Below are positions 26,411 through 38,108 of a stretch of DNA of 64,000 bases, one piece after another (position 1 is the first letter of the stretch; every line of letters starts with the position of its first letter). The notes under the pieces are model-generated. The model was given only the letters and a program-made list of their open reading frames with translations, had not been told where the DNA came from and made no database searches. Source of the stretch: Tubulanus polymorphus (lineage: Eukaryota; Animalia; Nemertea). Made by a program: the position numbers and the translations under genes. The stretch lies in the NCBI RefSeq assembly GCF_964204645.1, contig NW_027437450.1, forward strand, positions 1 through 64,000, read 5' to 3'.

Positions 26411-28221
26411 ATGAAACTAACATTTCCATCGCCGCCGCTGTTGATGTCACTGCCGCTGCTTATCGTGTTGTTCAGGTTTCCTGTCGCACTAGGTACGTTC
26501 ACAACAAACAAAAATGCAAAAATACGAATTAAAAAAGAATAAAAAATAATAAAAAATAATAATTCAAAAGAATTTAAAGGATAAAATACAAAAATAATTG
26601 TGGGTTTTATCTTATTGGCATAAGAGGTCTTCACGTGAACACTTAGTCTATTTGATACTTGCCATACAATAACAACGTACGGAAAAACAGAAAGTTCACG
26701 AACTTGCAGGGTCTGTCATTGTCCGTGTTTGATCATCAATATGACTTCATTACTCGTAACAGTACACGACTGTTAGACCTCTTTCCTTGAGAGGACACTA
26801 ACTAAAATGTATTCTTCCAGACTTCCTATTGTAAAAACGACTATCCGTTCTCAATTTCAGGTGCAAAGACAAACGAGGAGGCGCCGCATCGCGCTCAAGT
26901 ATTGATCCTAGGCGCAGGCGCTGCCGGTATTTCAGCCACTAAATATCTACACGATCACGGAGTCAAAGACTTCGTTATCATTGACGCCGAGAACCGAATC
27001 GGGGGCAGAGTGAAAGCTTCCGAGTTCGGTGGTAAGATAGTCGAACTTGGAGCAAATTGCGTTCAGGGTACTGACGGTAACCCGCTGTGGGATTTGGACA
27101 AAAATACAAAATGGCCGGCGTCGTTTCGAATTACGACAGTTACGTCACGCGTGACGTCGACGGAAATGACGTCACAAGTGTTTCGGACGCGGCGTTCCGG
27201 AAGTTCGCCAGGGCAAATCGAGTTGTCGACCGGATTCGCGAGTTTCGTCAGAAAAACAAGATGGCCGACGTTCCGCTGAGGGCTGCTTTACGGTACGGCG
27301 GCTGGCCGATGCGCAGGACGCCCGTGGAGGACGTCGTCGAAATGTTTGACGTTGATTTCGAGTTTGCTGTCCCTGCTGACGAAATGACCGTTCTTTATCA
27401 ACCGGCTTTGCAGGAGAATTACAAACAAGAAGATTTCTTCATCACCGATCAGAGAGGGTTCGGTTATATACTGGAGCAATTAGCAGACGAATTCCTAACA
27501 GACGGCGCCACCAGACGACTCTATCTCAACGAAACGATAACGCGGGTTAGTTATGACGGTCAAGGTGTCAAGGTCAAGACTAAGTCCGGAAAGACCTTCA
27601 GCGGTGACTACGCGATCTGTACGTTCAGTATCGGAGTCATGCAAAGCAACGCCGTCAAATTCGTACCCAGATTTCCCAAAAATAAGCAATTGGCATTTAA
27701 CAGTTTCACGATGGGAACCTACACGAAAATATTCATTTAACGCCTCTGCGCAACGATTCTGGGACGAAGAATATATTCTGTACGCACATCCGACCAGAGG
27801 TTACTACGCGATGTGGCAGAATCAGGAAGCCGTAGGTCTCCATCCGGCTGGTACGAATAAACTTCTAGTTTCTGTATTCGACGACGAAGCTGATCGAGTA
27901 TCCCGTCTGCCCGTAGCGACTGTTAAAGCTGAGTTAACCGCCGTATTGCGAAGCATGTACGGAGCGCAGGTGCCCGAACCCGTTGAGATCCTGGTACACG
28001 ACTGGCATACTAACCCTCTCTATTACGGCTCCTTCTCCAACTGGCCCCCGTGGATGTCCGCTGATACGCACGCTCTGATGGGCGCTTCTTTAAATCATAC
28101 GTTGTATTTCGCGGGTGAAGCGTACTCGGCCGGATATTATGGTTATCTTCACGGAGCCATGCATTCCGGAAACCAGACAGCGCAACAGATAATCTCCTCA
28201 ATGGGACTAAAATCAGCGTGA
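26411..28221 (+). pseudogene. Secreted polyamine oxidase-like gene, copy 2, near full length with two frameshifts; exons 26411..26492 and 26861..28221
   Basis: GAGAAGISA, EN-RIGGRV, VELGANCVQG, ITDQRGF, YAICTFSIGV, YTKIF, GSFSNWP and FAGEA motifs of flavin amine oxidases. Frameshifts at ~27100 (A-run) and ~27736 (5-nt deletion relative to copy 1). Confidence 0.88.
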
Positions 28222-28548
28222 ACCTCCAACTCTGACACAACTTATCACATTCTCACATTCCTATTCATATTCTATTCAGTAAATCTAAAGGTGAATTAAG
28301 AAACCGTAGTTTTTTGTTATTTATTTATGAATTCTAGTATTTGTCGAGAGGCGGTTTTTGATGAACGGGGGTTTGAACCCGGCCGTGGATGCGGATTCCA
28401 TCCAGAAGAGTGTCAGCATCGTGTTTGTAGTGCGCGCGTGCTCAATTGTATTTCAATTTATTTATTTATTTGAACAATTCACTTCATGATAAAGCATGGT
28501 TTAGACATTAACATGAAAATTAATAATCGTATCGGTATTGAAGAGGCA

Positions 28549-28617
<69 letters not shown>

Positions 28618-28931
28618 GCCACAGACATATATAAATATATATATATATATTATATATATTATGCTTTCATAAGACTGCCTCCTCTTCAATATATTACATA
28701 TATATACATATTTCTACGATTTCAAAAATAATACACGACGAGAAATATGTTCACAGTTCGTCCGTAATTTGCATGTTGCTGCATGAGGATACCAATCGTC
28801 AGACGTAAGACAGACAAAGATGAGTAGCGCGGATAGATATCGTAAACTCGACGCTCCATAGAACTGGCTCAGTTTGCGCGAAGGAGGAAAACTTCAAGTT
28901 ATTTCTCAAACGCTCGTGAGATTTATATACG

Positions 28932-30152
28932 ATGAGAAATTTAACGCTACCTCCGCTTACGCCGACACGGCCACCACCTCTGACGCGGCCGCCACCTGCG
29001 ACACTGCCGCAGTTTATCAGGGCATTCTTACATTTTCTTCGTAATTACAGTGTTTATAAGCGCATTGATTTCGCTAAAGTATTGCTCGTGGATCCGCTGG
29101 GAAGCGTTTAACTTTCTGACGATCATTTTACTGATAAGGTGTCGCAGATTTCAGTCGGTTCGTTACACGTTCCCTTATCTCATAACTTTAGCGTTTACGG
29201 ATCAACTTGTCGTGTTGTTTGGTTTAAGAACATTCGCTAACACCTTTATGATAACTTTTATCTACGAATTAGGATATTATCCGGAATGTAAGAGTTGGAT
29301 GGTGTTTGAAAGTAAAGAGGCAAGTGCATTATGTCCTTCGATTTACTATTACTGGTACTATTTCTATCGTGTAATAGAACGGAATATTCCGATATGTTTC
29401 ATCGAGTATTTGTTCAATAATCAAGCGATCACTGTGTCTAATTATATCATCGTTGTGATTTCTATCGAGAGATTTCTCTCCGTTCGTTTTCCTTTTTTCA
29501 CATGCAACATTTCACAGAAACTCGACGTAGATTCACCGTAATAATTGTAGTCGTTTTTGCGACAATACTAAACATGGATTCACCGATATCTCATGGTCGA
29601 ATAGTTTTTTTAAGGGGTACCCAACAGTTCACCTGTAATACCCGTTATAACGACTTAAACATTGTCATTTTTACAACATACAGATCTGTTGCGGTATTTA
29701 TTCGGGATATAGTCCCGGCTTTAATTGTAGTAACAACATCAGTGGCAACTGCTAGAATTCGCCGGGGAGGTAAAACACGTATTGGCGCCTCAGTCGGCAA
29801 CAGTCGTCATAAAACTGAAACCAGTAAAACACTTCTAATAATAGTTCTTGTTTATCTGGTACTAGTAATGCCATACGCTATATGTGATTGTTTGGAAAAG
29901 TTGGGCCGTTTGATGTCATTATTAGTGTACAGAATTAATGGCTTCAGAATGACTCTTGACGAAGCCCCCATCATGTTCCTTTTTGTTATGATACTGTGGC
30001 CGTTTTTAACCAAGTTGTTTACGATTCCTCGACAGTGCGTTTTCTGCGTGAATTTCTTTATATACGTTACAACGCTGAGAGTTTTCCGACACAAACTTGT
30101 CGCTGTTTTCCGCCATAACTGTCGCCGAACGATTCCGAGTCAGGCCCAGTAG
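28932..30152 (+). pseudogene. Diverged paralog of the 407 aa GPCR with two frameshifts
   Basis: Homologous ATG at 28932 (MRNLTLPPLTPTRPPP...). A 2-nt loss at ~29108 (agcgtttaac vs agcgtgctcaac) and a 1-nt loss at ~29495 split it into the listed ORFs 29050..29541 and 29502..30152. Confidence 0.82.
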
Positions 30153-30594
30153 TTCAGTCAGTTGGGTAAGGCGTAATGCTGTTGCATTCACTTTCAGTAT
30201 GTTGGGTGGCAAGCGGGTTCGAGTGTTGTTGGCTGCGTACGGTGTGTACGAGCTCTTTTATCTGTCGCGGACGTTTGGAGTAATCATGATTACTCCAAGA
30301 GGTTGCTATCGATTGAATCGACTCCATGATAGATAAACTGCGTTGTTCGCTCGTTCTTTCGGTTTGCGGGCCTGCATTTCGTCTGTCCACCAGGAGACAA
30401 CAACATTCTCTAATCGCGAGCGTAAATCATGGCAAAAATGAATAAACCAATCAGCTAGTTTTGTGAAATGCAGATCCGAAGCAAGATAATTCAATCAATT
30501 CAATCACTTCAAAACTACTTGATAGTAAGTGGTCTCTACACTTGATATTTAATGTCGTGATGGTGAAAACTTTAAACAAGGAAATTAACTAACT

Positions 30595-31022
<428 letters not shown>

Positions 31023-31200
31023 TATTTCGTGGTTTGATGCAAGAATATGAGATGAATTCAAACTATATATATTCACTACTAAAGCCGTTATATATAATAT
31101 ATACACGGCGGGGTAAATCGAAACAGCGCCATATTTAGTTTCCAATTTGTGAAATAAGAGTGATAACCATTATCGCGCGTTGATCTCTTTTTGCCGAGTC

Positions 31201-32181
31201 TTAATCGATCCTAAACGTACGCGACAACGTTTTTCTGAATTGTTCGTTTACGATCGAGTAAAGTATGAAATTAACGCAAGAATTGAAAATCGACGAAACC
31301 GCGTAAATCTGATTGATAACATTTTTGTAGAAAACATCCCCGATACCGAACTTACCGAAGAAGCCCGGAATTTCTAGAACAGTGAATACCCCACTCATCG
31401 CGAGCACCATTTTAGTCGCTTTTGTTGGATTTTGCGGTGTCGAGATTTTAGACGCGGAGAGAGTTTTGCGTCGCTTGCTTTTGACGTATAAGACAATAAT
31501 AAGAGCTATGTTTGCCGCGATAACTAAAACATTTGCAAGAATAACGCGGATGATCGGATCTATGTATTTGTTCATAAGTTCGTAGACTAATCTATAGATC
31601 CCAGCGGTGTAATACCTCTCGTGAACAAATCGAAATTCTTTATACTTACTCGATGATCGAATACGCATAGTAATAGGGTAGTAAGCGCATATAGATATTG
31701 ATAGAATACCCGTAACGATGACGAGTGGCTTTAAGCTGCGTTTTACGTGCAGCGGAAAAATGATAGTAACCAATCGTTCGCATTGGATTATGACGGTTAG
31801 AAGATTTCGGAACATTACTAATCCTTTAGCAAACATACTCGCCCATATGGTCATTTGTACCGGGAAAATTCTGTAATTGGGAAATTTCTTGATCGAGTCG
31901 CCGTAACGCGCGTAGTGGATGTAATATCGAATCGGGTTCTGAATGAATTTCGACAGTAAAAACGCGATGTCGACGAGCGCCAGGTATTTCAGTAAATCGA
32001 AGCAGCGGTTTTTAGTTTTCAGTTTGTGAAATACGATGATGACCAACACGTTGAACGCAGCGCCGACTAAAACCAGCGGAGGTGTAATATACGCTATCTG
32101 TATCCATCTGAACTCCCATAATGAATCGTAAACGTAAACTACGGTTTTGTTCATTATATTTTCGAGTTGGTCTGAAACCAT
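31201..32181 (-). CDS. Intronless class A GPCR (FMRFamide/peptide-receptor-like), 326 aa
   Basis: GAAFN (TM1), LALVD (TM2), QCERL (TM3), LEIP (TM6), NSCVNFILY (TM7), QFRKTL helix 8; NKT sequon near the N-terminus. Confidence 0.88.
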   Translation of the reverse strand: MVSDQLENIMNKTVVYVYDSLWEFRWIQIAYITPPLVLVGAAFNVLVIIVFHKLKTKNRCFDLLKYLALVDIAFLLSKFIQNPIRYYIHYARYGDSIKKFPNYRIFPVQMTIWASMFAKGLVMFRNLLTVIIQCERLVTIIFPLHVKRSLKPLVIVTGILSISICAYYPITMRIRSSSKYKEFRFVHERYYTAGIYRLVYELMNKYIDPIIRVILANVLVIAANIALIIVLYVKSKRRKTLSASKISTPQNPTKATKMVLAMSGVFTVLEIPGFFGKFGIGDVFYKNVINQIYAVSSIFNSCVNFILYSIVNEQFRKTLSRTFRID

Positions 32182-35100
32182 TATCTAAACTCAAATACTG
32201 GCATTAGTTCTAATTTGTACGAAAACGCATTTACATTCGCTCCACTTTGGTTCTGCAATCAAATTATCTGAATACCAATTAGTTTCATAGGCGGTAGATG
32301 ATTTCGTCTGGCTTGTGCATTCAAATTCTCACAGGGCAGAAGTCTGAAAGCTGAAACGGGCGAAATTTCTGGAATTCATAAATTCTTTCATTGGCGGCAT
32401 GAAATTATCGAGTTCTATATCTCACGGTGAAGGTCGATCAGTATGAAATTGTATATAAGGATTTCAGTTTTGATAACTCGGAAGTAAGGATTTCGCACAT
32501 AGCGATTGCAATAGCAAACTGACCGGTGAATAATCATTGACGATTTCAGATCAGATTTTGTTTAATTTCTACTTTTTTTAATTGGCGTTTTCTGCTCATT
32601 CGCTGGCAGTCCACACTGTACATCAACCCACGCCTTGTGTCAAGTAAGAGACGATGGAAATTGATACAGTATACATCATGTGGGCAAAATAAGAATTAAA
32701 ATCACAAAAACCAGAAGAAACCAGAGATTTTCAATAACAAATATTTCAAAGGAAAACTATATCTTATTATATCATGGTGAACTGATAATTCGTTTTTGAA
32801 AAAAAGTCATTGTATCATTTTAATGAGGACTGGTAGAATATCTGATTCAGCTCCATATATGTGAAATATATCCGTTATTGAAAAGTTTAAAAGGGTCGAT
32901 CTGATATTATCTAGCCAGTGGTGCTCGTGTCCATTGAACCGCATTATGACAAACTCAGTTCATTTTGTGTCCTGTTATTGTCCTCGGTCTTTGAAATCAC
33001 CTAGTTCGTTCGATTTGTATTCAACTAGTTGTGAGAATTGATTTGTCGAATTCGGATAGGATAGAAAACAGATAGATATGTGTATAGCCAGTACAAGCGC
33101 CTACATCTGTGAGCAAAATACCGAGGTATTCCGCATGGTAACGGGTTATAATCCCCCCCAGTAAATATCCCCCCAATAAATATCCCCCAAAATTTGATTT
33201 CACAGCTAAATTCAATAAAATACTTCAAAATTCTATCTTGAAAAATGGTTTTCAAAAATTTGAAATTTTCCGTGGTGTTATTCACAATATTCGCCAAACA
33301 ACGTGCTTAAAAATTGACATTATTCTCTGATTTTTAGCAAGCAACATGCATAAGAAATGATATTATCGCAGTTGTTTTGAAAATCCCTATAAGTAATATT
33401 TTATTATAAGTAATAGTAAAATATCTATGTACCCTAAATATTATTGTAAAAAGTATTATCTATTTCATTTAGGTTTTACACTTAAGTTTGATAGAAAACT
33501 GAACTTCGATTTTGACCATGAGAATTTTACCTGGGGGGATTGTTACCATGTGGGATTGTTGCCCCTGGGTGGTTCTTACTTGGGGGGGGGGGGGGGGGTT
33601 GAGCTAACACTCATTTCGCATTTCAACGTGAAACAAGAACGCCTGGATGACATGGTCTAACTTGCTTTGAATCACAGATGAGCCGTCGGAAGGAATTTTT
33701 CAGTGGCGAGGCTTATTTCTGAAGGGGTCTGCCCCCCCCCCCCCTAGAAAAACTTAGAAAATTCAATCACTGGAGATGCGTTTTAGGGCCATTTCACGGT
33801 CTCATTCACAGAAGCATGAGAAGCCGTGAGCCAACCACCTAATACAGAGAACGACCAGCTGCTACGCGGTACAGCGCGCTTTTAAAAAAGATTTTGTTAA
33901 GCAAAAAAGTGGGCCCCTGCCACCCCTGTTCCGACGACCCTGAATCATCAAGTTAAATTTAAAGTTTTCTTGTTTTTAAGAATATTTTTAGATAGTGCCC
34001 TCGGGACCTGATCGATGCTGACGAAACCAACAAATCGACAAATAACTGAGTTGCACGTGTTACGTGATTTATGGTATTTCAACTCCTTTTCTAAATGTCA
34101 AACTTAAGTTGTATCGGGTTTAAGCTGAAAAGATTAGTGTAGAAGCACAGGGGCTTGTAAACTGGCTTGGATTTTACTTCCGGGTTGTTGATAATCTCGC
34201 GAGAATGGGGCTAAATTTAAACTGCAAATAAATTCAAAATATCACAGAAATACCTCTTGTTGATGTTGTTTATTTATCCACTATAGAGTTTCGATAAACA
34301 ATTAGCTTTTAAGGATCAGTATCAGCGGGCGCGACGCCTTACTATATTAAAATAACAAGGGATGAAACGGCTTCGCTTTTGCCTGTAACCGTATTGATGC
34401 GGCGGAAACCACTATTTTGCCATACATTAAACTTGACCCAAAAATTCAAATTAATGGTCCAATCGTTACCCGATGCACGAGTTTATCAGACGGTTTATTG
34501 ATGGCTACTGAAAGAATTAGATAATTCCTGGACGGTTAATGAATTTTTTGGTTGTTCGTTTGTTTGCATGCGCTCCGATGATTAATAACCGACCACGACA
34601 GCAATCACAACGTGGTTTGAAAGCATCCTCCGTAGGTCAAGGTCAGGGGTATCATCGGGACTGCTGTTTCGACTTCCCATTTGATAGAAATTCATCGAGC
34701 TCAGGAAAAACAAATTTGCAAATTTCCAGACGCGAAATGGAGCCTGACACTGGTGGTTCAAAACGTTGTCGCTTAAACGCGTGACTCAATTGAATAAGTT
34801 CATGTTCTTCTTTTTTCCATCGAAAAAAGGGGATAAACCTCGATTTTAATCGATTCGATTCGTCGGAAACAAAAAAAAGGGGTTCGATTCTCGAAAATCG
34901 ATCGGAAATCGAAGCACGTACAGCTGGATGGAATGGTTCTGGATATTCAAAGTTATGCCGCGGCTTTAGTAGTGAATATATATAGTTTGAGTTCATCTCA
35001 TATTGTTGCATCAAACCACGAAATAGAATATATATATATGGAATATATATATATATATATATACATATTTCTGCGCGTGATTTCAAAAATAATACACGAC

Positions 35101-35355
35101 GAGAAAGTTCACAGTTCGTCTGTAATTTGCGTGTTGCTGCATAAAGCCGACAGATTCGAAGCGCGTTCAACAACCATGTATGGAAAGAACAGGGAGTGTC
35201 AATCTGAAGAGGATACCAATCTTCAGACGTAAGACAGACAGAGATGTGTAGCGCGGAGAGATATCGTAAACTCGATGCTACATAGAACTGAATCAGTTGA
35301 TTCGAAGGAGGAAAACTTCAAGTTATTTCTCAAACGCTCGTGAGATTTATATACG

Positions 35356-36579
35356 ATGAGAAACTTTACGTTACCTCCGCTACCGCTGCCACCGCTGCCA
35401 CCTCCGACGCGGCCGCCACCTCCGCCACGGCCACAACAGCCGCAGTTTATCCTGGCTTTCGTACATTTTCTCCGTGATTACGATGTTTATAGACGCATTG
35501 ATTTCACTGAAGTATTGCTCCTGTATCCGCTGGGAAGCGTGCTCAACTTTCTGACGATCATTTTACTGATAAAGTGTCGCAGATATCAGTCGGTTCGTTA
35601 CACGTTCCCTTATCTCATAACAATAGCGTTTTCGGATCAACTTGTCGTGTTGTTTGGTTTAAGAAAATTCGCTTACATCATGGTAATAACTATAATCCAT
35701 GGACTAGGATATTATCCGGAATGCAAGAGTTTTCCTAGGAGGATAAATGCCATCGCATCATGTCCATCGATTTATCATTATTGGTATTATTTCTATCGTG
35801 TAATTGAACAGAATATTCCGATATGTTATATCGAGTATTTGCTTAAAAGTCAAGCGATCACTGTGTCTAATTATATCATCGTTGTGATTTCTATCGAGAG
35901 ATTTCTCTCCGTTCGTTTTCCATTTTTCCACATGAAACATTTCACAGTAACTCGCCGTAGATATGCCGTAATAATTGTAATCGTTTTTGCACTAATTTTG
36001 AACTTGGATTTACCGATATCTAATCGAATTAGGGTATCAAATATTGGCTACTTCAAGTTCTTATGTGGTGGTGGTTATCCAGACAACACCCTCATAATTC
36101 GTACATACAGATCTGTTGCGGTATTTATTCGTGATATAGTCCCGACTTTAATTGTAGTAACAACATCAGTGGCAACTGCTAGAATTCGCCGTGGAGGTAA
36201 AACACGTATTGACGCCTCAGATGGCAACAGTCGTCATAAAACTGAAACCAGTAAAACACTTCTACTAATAGTTCTTGTTTATCTGGTACTAGTAATGCCA
36301 TACGCTATATGTGACTGTTGGCACAAGTTGCAACAGTTGATTATCTCGTTAGTGCGTCGAATTAATGGCTTCAGAATCACTGAATATAAAAACCCAATCC
36401 TCCACTTCTATTCAATGATGCTGTGGCCATTTTTAACCAAGTTGTTTACGATTCCTCGACAGAGCGTTTTCTGCGTGAATTTCTTTATATACGTTACAAC
36501 GTTGAGAGTTTTCCGACACAAACTTGTCGGTGTTTTCCGCTGTAACTGTCGCCGAACGATTCCGAGTCAGTCCCAGTAG
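35356..36579 (+). CDS. Near-identical duplicate of the 407 aa class A GPCR
   Basis: Same ORF with two amino-acid differences (F>L, K>R) from 15282..16505. Confidence 0.88.
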   Translation: MRNFTLPPLPLPPLPPPTRPPPPPRPQQPQFILAFVHFLRDYDVYRRIDFTEVLLLYPLGSVLNFLTIILLIKCRRYQSVRYTFPYLITIAFSDQLVVLFGLRKFAYIMVITIIHGLGYYPECKSFPRRINAIASCPSIYHYWYYFYRVIEQNIPICYIEYLLKSQAITVSNYIIVVISIERFLSVRFPFFHMKHFTVTRRRYAVIIVIVFALILNLDLPISNRIRVSNIGYFKFLCGGGYPDNTLIIRTYRSVAVFIRDIVPTLIVVTTSVATARIRRGGKTRIDASDGNSRHKTETSKTLLLIVLVYLVLVMPYAICDCWHKLQQLIISLVRRINGFRITEYKNPILHFYSMMLWPFLTKLFTIPRQSVFCVNFFIYVTTLRVFRHKLVGVFRCNCRRTIPSQSQ

Positions 36580-37572
36580 TTCAGTTAGTTCAATTAATGC
36601 GTAATGCTGTTTTATTCGCTATCATTCAGTGCTGAGTGACAAGCGGGTTCGAGTCCTGCTGACTCCTTGAGGTGTACTTGGCCTTGGTCCTTCCGTGAGA
36701 ATAAATCGTGGTCAATAAAAACCCCAACAGGTTTTCTGTTGGGTGAAGGTAAGCCCAGATCCGAACGACGTAATGCTGTATAAACGATATTTTGTACGAC
36801 TAAAAATATACCGGTACCCGTGTACCAATAATCAATTTTCTTCGCTTGATATTTAATGTTGCGATGATAGAAATTTTAATGAGAAAACTAACTAAGTTTT
36901 ATTGAAGCCTTGAACGATAGAATACATTGCTTAATATTGTCGATAATGTTAACTGACCGACAATGTTAAGACCGGGAAGATGGGATACCAGGATTCAAAT
37001 GCATCTGTATTCAGATTTCACTGGCCACGTTTTGGAAGTAGATTATCGATATTCAATGCCGTCCTTATTGCCATCGAAATTCATTTTAAAGAAAACACAA
37101 GGTTGAAAATGACTAATTACAAATAGTCAGTTTCTATGATACTATTTTGATGTAACACCACCGACAACACCGTATCAGACTTAGTGATCATCGGTTCGAA
37201 TGATCGAATGTTGATTCCCAAAAGTCGTAGCCCAGAATGCCGTTCCACAGAGTTCCACGAGTTGAAATTAGTTCATTTTCAATGAAACTCGGAGTCAAAT
37301 CTTAACTCAAAACAGTACTGTGGAACTGGGTTCGTTAACAAGAAGTAGATTCAACCACTCATAAGACAGTGGCGCCATCTGACGATTAAGTTATGTGACT
37401 ACTTCATTGTTTAAACTAGATCCCTTGTTAGATGATATTACTATTATCATTATTACTATTACTGAGTCTACTGTCGAACTGAGTCTACTGTCGAACTGTG
37501 TCTACTGTCGAACTGAGTCTACTGTCCAGAAAAAGTTGATATTTGACGTGTAGGCCTACTTAGAATCGACGG

Positions 37573-38108
37573 TTATTTGTCTGAATTTCTACAGCGGATT
37601 TTCGCACAGAAATATTCGCGAATTTCTCGTCCTAGTAAAAGATATATGTAGAAATTGACCGCGTAGCTACAAACATGGATTTGATTGAAAATGTCATAAA
37701 GAAATTCTCGCTGTTCCGGCGGGACTCGTAAAAATGCGGTGATAGTAGTTGGAAGCGTGAAAACCGCAAATGCGAGTGAAACTGTTACGAGCATTATTGT
37801 CGTACGTTTTGATCTCGTAGTTTTCTGATCGGACGAAACCAATTTTCGAACCTCTGAATAACTGAACTGTTATAGCGGAATTTGATGTTAGAATGAAAAA
37901 TAACGGTACGATATGAATGTGAACGACAGTTACGGTGAAAACGATCATTTGGTCGGAGAGTTCGTAGTAACATCCACTAAACTGGTCGGAAACGTACATC
38001 GACAAAATAGGTGTGAGGTATAGGACCATTACATTCATTGCAATAATTAAGAATATAACAAATCTAGCGAATTTAGGTGTACATATCAAACGAGATGTGA
38101 ACGGCAAG
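37573..38108 (-). pseudogene. 5'-truncated, frameshifted GPCR fragment (duplicate of 17500..18035)
   Basis: Same frameshift and same breakpoint as the 17.5 kb copy. Confidence 0.82.

Larger units (their letters stand above)
17500..28352. repeat. Segmental duplication, counterpart of ~21..13170
   Basis: Collinear GPCR fragment, A, B, acidic exon and polyamine oxidase, with several deletions; similarity ends at ttgtcgagaggc. Confidence 0.92.

Noticed and set aside
33675-33942. Possible MITE (gccgtcggaa ... ttccgacgaccctg)
   Set aside because: Inverted ends too degenerate and no clear TSD.
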